DNA from: Bacteroidota bacterium
GTDB taxonomy: Bacteria; Bacteroidota; Bacteroidia; Palsa-965
Direction: 5' to 3'
Assembly: GCA_016194975.1 (NCBI GenBank)
Contig: JACQAM010000007.1
Coordinates: forward strand, 255,947-319,946
Length of the DNA stretch: 64,000 nucleotides
The translations under genes and the position numbers were made by a program. Positions 56,786 through 64,000 of this stretch are shown here, piece by piece (the stretch's first letter is position 1; every line of letters starts with the position of its first letter). Under the pieces are notes generated by a model. The model saw only the letters and a list, made by a program, of their open reading frames with translations, was not told the origin of the DNA and did not search any database.

Positions 56786-58990
56786 ATGTACAATAATCAG
56801 CCTGAAAAATTTACTGCGACTGCCTTCAATTTCTGCCATCGCACTGCTATCGGCCAGGGCGCGTCAACTTATTTGCCATTGGCCGGTGGCACGCAACAGC
56901 CTTCCTCAACCGGTGAAACAAGTATTTTAATTTCTCGAAGCGGAACGTTGAAAAATCTTTTCTGGGATTGCAAATCAAATTCACTGACCGGATCGGGAAA
57001 TATATTTACTGTTCAATTTGCTTTAGAACATGTTTCACCTGCTAATGCGCTTGCCCTTGGAAATAATATTTCAGTTTCACTCGATGGCAAAATAACAAAT
57101 GGAACCGGCGTGCTTAGCTTAAATGTCAGTGCAGGACAGCGCATTGCTATATTGGTACAAACAGCCTCTGGCGGACCGTCTACAAATATTGTAAATCTCA
57201 GAGTCTCCTTTGAACTCGAATCAGATTTACCGCAACCTAATCCATGGAATTTATCCGGAACAAATCTTTCTTACACCGGAGGTAATGTTGGAATTAATAG
57301 TATTAACCCTTCGGAGAAATTGGACGTGAGCGGTTCAGTAAAAATTGTGGATGGAACGCAAGGAGCAGGAAAAGTTTTTACATCAGATAACAATGGTAAG
57401 GGAAGCTGGGTAACACCAAATAATTTGCCGAATGGAACGAATGGGCAAACGCTTAGGCATGATGGAACAAATTGGAAAGCAGATTCCAATTTATTTAATG
57501 ATGGAACCAGGGTTGGAATCGGAACACTGACGCCGCAATATTATTTCGAAGTCCATCATCCGGATAGCACATCTACTATTGCGGTTACAACAAGCCAGAG
57601 TAATGGATACGCTCAGTTTATTATGACTAATCCTGATTCTATTTGGGCAATGGGTTTCGTTGACGGTGGTCTGAGTGACTGGCGACTTGCAAATTATTCT
57701 ACGGGTGTCCGCGTTTTAACAGCAACAACAACGGGAAGGTTGGGTATTGGAGTACAAATCCCAAGAGCTAAACTTGACGTTGATGGTGATATTAATATTT
57801 CAGGAGGCAGCACAATTAAAATTGATTGCGAAGATATTTTAGTGGTTAAACAAAACAACACTTTCATCGGTCTGCAAGCTGGCTACAATAACGGGCATCA
57901 TTTATCTAATTCAGGATTTGGTGACAGAGCATTAGCAGACAACATGGGAGATGAAAACAGCGCTTTTGGTTGTTCGCCATTGCAGTTTAATAAAACCGGC
58001 ATTCAGAATTGTGCGTTTGGCAACTCTACACTTTTGCAGAATACAGATGGTTCAGGCAATACAGCGATGGGTTATCAATCCGGGATGAAAAATGCTTCCG
58101 GTAACAATAATACTTACATCGGAATTAATTCCAGAACAACAGGAAATTATGATAACTCAACAGCCATCGGTGCAAATTCAATTGTTGAACAAAGTAACAG
58201 TTTAGTGCTTGGTGATTTAAATGTAAATGTTGGAATAGGAATTACAAAACCACAAGACAAACTTCATGTAGAAGGAAGTATAAATATTGGAACTTCTTGT
58301 GCTTATAAAATTGATGGAAGCAGGGTATTAGTCAAAAGTGGGCAAAATTTATTGCTTGGTGATGCAAATACGAATGTTGGAATCGGATCAACTGATCCAC
58401 GAGAGAAAATCACACTTGGATCTGATTCTAATATTGCAATTGAAATGTCGCCTCCATCAACTTCAATTATCACCGGCCATCACGCAATTGGTTACTTAAC
58501 AGAGGGAGACGTTTACTATTTCAGGGTAGCAGCTTCCGACGGAACAGGATGGACGAGAGCTTCTGATCCCGTGTCATTTATTGTCGATGTTTACAAAACT
58601 ATTCGCATTGGTTGGAACGCGATTCCGGGAGCAATGAACTATAGATTGTTTAAATCCTCTTCTCCTTCAGGCCCCTATAGTTTTGTTGATGTGCCGTCGG
58701 GTTCAGGGCCATCCGCAGGTTATGAATTTATGAACGAGGCGCAATTCACGATCACATCATTTCCTCCTCCGGAAGAAAACACTGCGTATGTCAATAAATT
58801 ATCTGCTTCCGGCAATAGTTGGTTGATGGGGGGAAATCTTGGTATCGGAACATCTGCTCCGACGAGTCAATTGCAGGTCGTTGGTTTGCCGGTGTATACA
58901 AATAATCTTGCAGCGCGAAATGCAGGTTTATCGCAAGGAGCTTTCTACAGAACCGGCGGTGATCCGGATTTGGTTTGCGTGGTGCATTAA
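56786..58990 (+). CDS. phage tail-fibre-like / fibre-repeat protein without a signal peptide
   Basis: Repeated …GNVGINSINPSEKLDVSGSVKI…, …TRVGIGTLTP…, …GRLGIGVQIP…, …VNVGIGITKPQDKLHVEGSINIG…, …GNLGIGTSAPTSQLQVVG… motifs. NSxAxG-type head repeats. One FN3-like domain. Confidence 0.5.
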   Translation: MYNNQPEKFTATAFNFCHRTAIGQGASTYLPLAGGTQQPSSTGETSILISRSGTLKNLFWDCKSNSLTGSGNIFTVQFALEHVSPANALALGNNISVSLDGKITNGTGVLSLNVSAGQRIAILVQTASGGPSTNIVNLRVSFELESDLPQPNPWNLSGTNLSYTGGNVGINSINPSEKLDVSGSVKIVDGTQGAGKVFTSDNNGKGSWVTPNNLPNGTNGQTLRHDGTNWKADSNLFNDGTRVGIGTLTPQYYFEVHHPDSTSTIAVTTSQSNGYAQFIMTNPDSIWAMGFVDGGLSDWRLANYSTGVRVLTATTTGRLGIGVQIPRAKLDVDGDINISGGSTIKIDCEDILVVKQNNTFIGLQAGYNNGHHLSNSGFGDRALADNMGDENSAFGCSPLQFNKTGIQNCAFGNSTLLQNTDGSGNTAMGYQSGMKNASGNNNTYIGINSRTTGNYDNSTAIGANSIVEQSNSLVLGDLNVNVGIGITKPQDKLHVEGSINIGTSCAYKIDGSRVLVKSGQNLLLGDANTNVGIGSTDPREKITLGSDSNIAIEMSPPSTSIITGHHAIGYLTEGDVYYFRVAASDGTGWTRASDPVSFIVDVYKTIRIGWNAIPGAMNYRLFKSSSPSGPYSFVDVPSGSGPSAGYEFMNEAQFTITSFPPPEENTAYVNKLSASGNSWLMGGNLGIGTSAPTSQLQVVGLPVYTNNLAARNAGLSQGAFYRTGGDPDLVCVVH

Positions 58991-59149
58991 TCTGCCATCA
59001 CAACTTAAAAGATTATGAAAGCAAAATCCACACGGCAAAATCTTTGGATAAAAAATCAATATTGAAAATAATTTCGCCTGAAAAAAATATTTTACTCTTC
59101 GTGTCTCTTTTATTTCGATTATAGTTTTCAGGCAACCACTCTCCCCTCT

Positions 59150-60007
59150 TCAAAACTGAAAATAAAATCCAACGTGTAAACCAAAAGTCTTCAGGTGAAA
59201 TTTCTGCTCGATTGCAACCGGTTTTCCATTGGTGAGAAAATTTGATTCCGTCGCACCTTCATCCATGTTATAAATCGAATATTTTTTTACAGGATTACTC
59301 AGGCCGTGTGTCCAGTGCGATCCGAAAGCAAAAACAAAATGTTTTCCGAGTTCAATCCTGTTTTCCATCCCGGCATATAAGGTGAACAAAGTAGAATTCA
59401 TTTCATTCCTGGTGACTGCATCCCCGAGCGTAACGAAGATCTCCGTCGAATCAGAATATTTGTAATAGTAATCTTCAAAATCAGTTTCTGTCCTGAATTG
59501 CAATTCTCCTCCAACTATGAAAGTGAAAGAATAAATATCATACTTCACGATCCGGAAATTCACCAGCATTGGAACTACTGCGTAATTTGATCCGTAAGTC
59601 CGCGAATCAAACAAACATTTATTGGTTCCCGGATGAAGACGCAGATAACTGCTGTCGATCTGGCTGATGGGAACAAGCGCATTGCCGGACTGGTAAACCA
59701 TGATCGCCTTCTCGCTCTCAATTCTGCCAGCGATACGCGCGAAAAAAATTCCTGATGTGAAAAATATTTTTGGCTTCCATTCATACCCCGCAACCAACCC
59801 GATCGATAACGTCTCGACGATTCCACCTAATCCAAGTCCGCCTTCAAGAATATCGGGCCTCCTGTAAACCTGGCTGTTCTCCGGTTTGAAATTTGTCCAT
59901 TCCAATGAGGGTTGCACACCGATCATGAAACGATGTGCGATCGAATCCTGCGAATGAGCAAAAAAAGTTGCTGTAGAAAAAAGCGAACTGAGAATTATTT
60001 TTTTCAC
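59150..60007 (-). CDS. hypothetical outer-membrane beta-barrel protein
   Basis: Signal peptide MKKIILSSLFSTATFFAHSQ. C-terminal …VGFYFQF (terminal Phe). Confidence 0.5.
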   Translation of the reverse strand: MKKIILSSLFSTATFFAHSQDSIAHRFMIGVQPSLEWTNFKPENSQVYRRPDILEGGLGLGGIVETLSIGLVAGYEWKPKIFFTSGIFFARIAGRIESEKAIMVYQSGNALVPISQIDSSYLRLHPGTNKCLFDSRTYGSNYAVVPMLVNFRIVKYDIYSFTFIVGGELQFRTETDFEDYYYKYSDSTEIFVTLGDAVTRNEMNSTLFTLYAGMENRIELGKHFVFAFGSHWTHGLSNPVKKYSIYNMDEGATESNFLTNGKPVAIEQKFHLKTFGLHVGFYFQF

Positions 60008-60261
60008 CTGAAGAATAGTGATGCAATTTAGGAATTTGGATAGTCTGTTAGTTTGAATTTGAATAAGATTTTTCCCTCAAAAACTTTGTGCTCTGGTGTC
60101 CTCGTGGCCTATTGAAACTTCGTGAATACAAAATCATTTTCTCTTGAGAAATACTTGTGAGGCCACAAAGACTCAAAGAAGTATCAAAAAAATCTCAACC
60201 TGCTCCTCTACCGGAATATAAAATTCTGTCGTTGCTCATGGTTATTTCGTAAATTAGATAA

Positions 60262-61920
60262 ATGAAAAACCTCTTTACCCTATTCTTCCTTTTAATTTCT
60301 TCTGCAATTTTTTCTCAAACTCCCGGCTGGAACTGGTCGCGTGTTGCCGGAGGAGAGAGTTACGATCTCGGAAGTTGTATTGCCACTGATAATTCGAACA
60401 ACGTGATCACGTGCGGATATTTTTACGGCGACACGGTTTTTTTCGGCACACATACTTTGCTTAACAAAGGCCTCAACGATTTTTACATTGTGAAATATGA
60501 TGCAAATGGAAATGTGGCCTGGGCAACGAGTGAAGGTGGTGCTGGTGATGATTATGCAATTGCGCTCGCGCCTGATGCTTCCGGAAATATTTATGTCACC
60601 GGTTATTTCACCGGCGATTCGCTCATCATCGGTAACGACACCTTGTTGAATGCATCGGCCGGCTACGGAGATATTTTTGTGGCGAAATATAATTCGAATG
60701 GAATTCCCCAATGGGCAAAACGTTTCGGCGCGGGCGACTGGGATATTGCGCAAGCGGTAGCGGTTGAACCTTCTACAGGAAATTTTTATGTGGCCGGATG
60801 TTATTACAACAGCACGATCACTATCGGAACAAATACATTCACCAACAACGGACTTTACGATGTACTGCTGATAAAATTCGATCCTTCCGGAAATGTGAAG
60901 TGGGCAAAACATTCCGGCGGCTCGCTCAATGATATGGGCAATGCAGTGGCGACAGATAACTTCGGAAATATTTATATCTCCGGTGGATTTGCAAGTGATT
61001 CGCTCACGTTCGGCACAACTACTTTGCATAATGCAGGCCCGGGTTATCCCGATATTTTTGTTGCGAAATATGATTCGGCAGGAAATTTCCGCTGGACAAA
61101 ACGCGCTGGCGATTCGCTGAACGATCATTCTGTTTGTGTGGCCACTGATAATTCCGGGAATTGTTTTGTAGGCGGGCATTATCACAGCGCCTCATTTCAA
61201 TTTGCAAGTACTACGATCACGAACAATGGAATGGGCGATGTGTATTTGTTGAAATATGATTCTGCAGGAAATGAATTGTGGGGAAGAGGCCAGGGCGGAG
61301 CGATGCATGATTTCGGTTATGCAGTGGCGGTAGATGCGGTGGGAAATTCCTACATGAGCGGAATGTTCAACAGTTCGTCAATGACAATTGGCACAACAAC
61401 GCTAACAAATTCTTCCATGAGCAGCCAGGATATGTTTTTATACAAATACGATCCTTCCGGAAATCCGTTGTGGGCGATTAGTGCAGGAGGAATGACGGAC
61501 GATGAAATGAATTCCATTGCCATCGGATCTTCCGGCGCAATATACGCGACCGGCGACTGGAGAAGCCCGATGATAAATTTTGGCCCCGATAATTATTTCA
61601 ATGAAGATTCCACGATCGGTTATGCCGATATTTTCATTGGGAAATTAGATGTGATGACGGGAATGAGTACTATGAGTGAAACAAAAAATATTTTTCTGTA
61701 TCCCAATCCTTCGAATGGAATTTTCACCATCCGGAATAATTTTTCCGAAACTTTTGAACTGCAAATTTTCAATTCACTCGGACAGGAAATTCTTCGCAAA
61801 GAAAATCTGAATGAAAATAATTTTGAAATTGATCTGGGCAGTGAAGCCAATGGAATTTATTTCATGAAGGTAATGAGCGATGAAAATATTTATTCGGAAA
61901 AAATAATCATTGAGAAATAA
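60262..61920 (+). CDS. secreted SBBP beta-propeller-repeat protein with Por C-terminal sorting domain
   Basis: Signal peptide. About 9 repeats of (…GDIFVAKYNSNGxxxWAKRFGG…). Tail TKNIFLYPNPSNGIFTIRNNFSETFELQIFNSLGQEIL…IIIEK. Confidence 0.8.
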   Translation: MKNLFTLFFLLISSAIFSQTPGWNWSRVAGGESYDLGSCIATDNSNNVITCGYFYGDTVFFGTHTLLNKGLNDFYIVKYDANGNVAWATSEGGAGDDYAIALAPDASGNIYVTGYFTGDSLIIGNDTLLNASAGYGDIFVAKYNSNGIPQWAKRFGAGDWDIAQAVAVEPSTGNFYVAGCYYNSTITIGTNTFTNNGLYDVLLIKFDPSGNVKWAKHSGGSLNDMGNAVATDNFGNIYISGGFASDSLTFGTTTLHNAGPGYPDIFVAKYDSAGNFRWTKRAGDSLNDHSVCVATDNSGNCFVGGHYHSASFQFASTTITNNGMGDVYLLKYDSAGNELWGRGQGGAMHDFGYAVAVDAVGNSYMSGMFNSSSMTIGTTTLTNSSMSSQDMFLYKYDPSGNPLWAISAGGMTDDEMNSIAIGSSGAIYATGDWRSPMINFGPDNYFNEDSTIGYADIFIGKLDVMTGMSTMSETKNIFLYPNPSNGIFTIRNNFSETFELQIFNSLGQEILRKENLNENNFEIDLGSEANGIYFMKVMSDENIYSEKIIIEK

Positions 61921-61927
61921 TTTTTTC

Positions 61928-63313
61928 ATGAAAACGAAATTCATTTTAGTTTTTGCAATCATTATCTTAGGTCTGCCATTTTATTTTTCTGCCCAGACTT
62001 TTAGCGGTGGTTACCAGCATTCACTCGCAATCTGTAGTGATCATACCGTAAAAGCGTGGGGAAATAATAGTTCGGGTGAGTTGGGAATTGGCAATACAAC
62101 TGATAGTTATTTTCCTGTTACGGTTAATTCTCTCACCGGGATCATTGCTGTTTCTGGCGGCGGCGGTTTTTCGATCGCGTTGAAAAATAACGGAACACTT
62201 TGGGCATGGGGTGATAATTCTACAGGCGAACTCGGAAATGGAAATAATGCAAGCAGCAATATTCCCGTGCAGGTTACGAACTGGACCACAGGTTATGTTT
62301 CGGTTGATGCAGGTTTCGACCATTTACTTGCAATAAAACCTGACGGAACCGTCTGGTCTTGGGGAACGAATACTTACGGGCAACTCGGAATCGGAAATTT
62401 CTCCAATAGCAATGTTCCTGTTCATGTTTTAGGTTTGACAGGAATTATCGCTGTGTCGGCAGGAAATGGAAATTCTCTCGCGTTGAAAAATGACGGAACC
62501 GTGTGGGCATGGGGACTGAATCATTCGGGCCAACTCGGCATCGGTGATACCGCGAACAGAAATCTTCCTGTGCAAATAAATATTACAAACATTATTTCTA
62601 TTTCTGCTGGTTATGCTCATTCGCTCTTTCTCAGGAATGACAGTACAGTTTGGGGCAGTGGTTGGAATGTTTATGGACAGCTCGGAACCGGAAATAATAT
62701 CAGCAGTAATACTCCAGTGCAATCAACGGGTCTTTCTGGAATAATTTCCATTACTGCAGGATGCGGACATTCGAATGCCTTGAAAAGCGATGGAACAATT
62801 TGGGCGTGGGGAGAAAATATGTCCGGTGAACTCGGTGACGGGAATGGTGAATTTGCAAGCAACGTTCCGGTCGCGGTTGCATTTCTCAACGGAGTTTCTA
62901 CAATAGGAATTGGCGGCAGGCAATCTTTTGCTCTGAAAAACGATGGAACATTCTGGACGTGGGGACAAAATAATTATGGACAACTCGGAAATGGAAATAC
63001 AAATGACAGCCCTGTTCCTGTGGAGTTGAATGGATTTTGCCAGGTTGCGGCTTCAGTAAATGAAATTGAAGAAACAAAAAATATTTTTCTGTTTCCCAAT
63101 CCTTCTTCCGGAATTTTCACAATCAGAAATAATTTTTCAGGAAATTATCAAATAGAAATTTTCAATTCACTCGGACAGGAAATTTTGCATAATGAAAACC
63201 TGAATGAAAATAATTTTGAAATTGATCTGGGCAGTGAAGCCAATGGAATTTATTTCGTGAAGGTAACGAGCGATGAAAAAATTTATTCACAGAAAATAAT
63301 TATTGAGAAATAA
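61928..63313 (+). CDS. secreted RCC1-repeat beta-propeller protein with Por C-terminal sorting domain
   Basis: Signal peptide MKTKFILVFAIIILG. Seven repeats of (…WxWGxNxxGQLGxGNxxxxxxPVxV…). Tail almost identical to that of the preceding gene. Confidence 0.8.
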   Translation: MKTKFILVFAIIILGLPFYFSAQTFSGGYQHSLAICSDHTVKAWGNNSSGELGIGNTTDSYFPVTVNSLTGIIAVSGGGGFSIALKNNGTLWAWGDNSTGELGNGNNASSNIPVQVTNWTTGYVSVDAGFDHLLAIKPDGTVWSWGTNTYGQLGIGNFSNSNVPVHVLGLTGIIAVSAGNGNSLALKNDGTVWAWGLNHSGQLGIGDTANRNLPVQINITNIISISAGYAHSLFLRNDSTVWGSGWNVYGQLGTGNNISSNTPVQSTGLSGIISITAGCGHSNALKSDGTIWAWGENMSGELGDGNGEFASNVPVAVAFLNGVSTIGIGGRQSFALKNDGTFWTWGQNNYGQLGNGNTNDSPVPVELNGFCQVAASVNEIEETKNIFLFPNPSSGIFTIRNNFSGNYQIEIFNSLGQEILHNENLNENNFEIDLGSEANGIYFVKVTSDEKIYSQKIIIEK

Positions 63314-63320
63314 TTTTTTC

Positions 63321-64000
63321 ATGAAATCAAAATTCATTTTAGTTTTTTTATTTTTTATTCTATCGGCAAATATTTTCGCGCAGGGAAACTGGTTGTGGGC
63401 GAAGAGTGCGACAGGCGCGAGTCCCGATGAAGGTTTTGCCGTTTGTACTGATACGGCAGGAAATGTTTTTGTTACAGGAGAGTTTCAAAGCCCCATCCTC
63501 ACTTTTGGATCTGTCAATCTTGTGAACACCGGTGCGTGGGATATTTTCATTGCTAAATATGATCCGAACGGAAACGTTCTTTGGGCAAAAAGAGCGGGTG
63601 GCGGAAGTGGTGATGAGGCATTTTCAATTTGCGCTGATCAAAATGGAAATATTTTTATCACGGGAACCTATTCCAGCTCTTCTATTACTTTCGGAAGCAC
63701 GACAATTACGAACGCCGGCGGCTATGATATATTCATTGCCAAGTATGATGCGAATGGAAATGCACTTTGGGCGAAAAGCGAAGGAGGAACAGGCACTGAT
63801 GTTGGTTATGGCGTAAGTGCAGACGCAACCGGAAATGTTTATTTAACCGGATATTTTTTCAGTCCGACGATGACCATCGGCACAACTCTCCTTACCAATG
63901 CAGGCAGCAGCGATATTTTTATTGCCAAATACGATCCGAACGGAAATGCGCTGTGGGCGAAAAGTTGCGGATCAACAGGAGGTGATGAAGGTGTCTCCGT
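63321..64000 (+). CDS. secreted SBBP beta-propeller-repeat protein, 3'-truncated by the window edge
   Basis: Starts MKSKFILVFLFFILSANIFAQ at the same IIIEK*-TTTTTTC-ATG junction. Repeats …GAWDIFIAKYDPNGNVLWAKRAGG… Open to the end of the window. Confidence 0.7.
   Translation, partial: MKSKFILVFLFFILSANIFAQGNWLWAKSATGASPDEGFAVCTDTAGNVFVTGEFQSPILTFGSVNLVNTGAWDIFIAKYDPNGNVLWAKRAGGGSGDEAFSICADQNGNIFITGTYSSSSITFGSTTITNAGGYDIFIAKYDANGNALWAKSEGGTGTDVGYGVSADATGNVYLTGYFFSPTMTIGTTLLTNAGSSDIFIAKYDPNGNALWAKSCGSTGGDEGVS

Noticed and set aside
60292-61185. 297-aa minus-strand ORF
   Set aside because: It is antisense to the SBBP-repeat gene at 60262. It is spurious.

Overview
This is a 64-kb chromosomal segment that looks like a Bacteroidetes genome (estimated GC about 45%). 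The clues are many Por/T9SS C-terminal sorting domains, SprB- and SBBP-type repeats, a TonB-dependent receptor with an N-terminal carboxypeptidase-regulatory-like domain, and TAnnTTTG-like -7 promoter boxes. Housekeeping genes are recognisable: gap, lipA, ung, hemE, lhgO, acnA, icd, pdhB, the rpsF-rpsR-rplI operon, a membrane pyrophosphatase, DPP-IV, a LOG-family protein, OsmC and PaaI. Interspersed with them are at least nine secreted T9SS cargo genes. Three of these are giant SprB-repeat adhesin-like paralogs. Three more form a tandem array of SBBP/RCC1 genes with almost identical C-terminal tails and gene junctions. The window also contains an orphan DNA methyltransferase next to a large uncharacterised helical protein, a RelE/ParE toxin-antitoxin pair, and an isolated phage-tail-fibre-like protein flanked by membrane proteins. 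Several families of short intergenic repeats are present. The clearest is a 130-bp MITE with 17-bp terminal inverted repeats and 8-bp target-site duplications, present in two inverted copies about 37 kb apart. No rRNA, tRNA or CRISPR array was recognised. All domain assignments come from reading the translated ORFs against remembered family signatures. No database search was possible.
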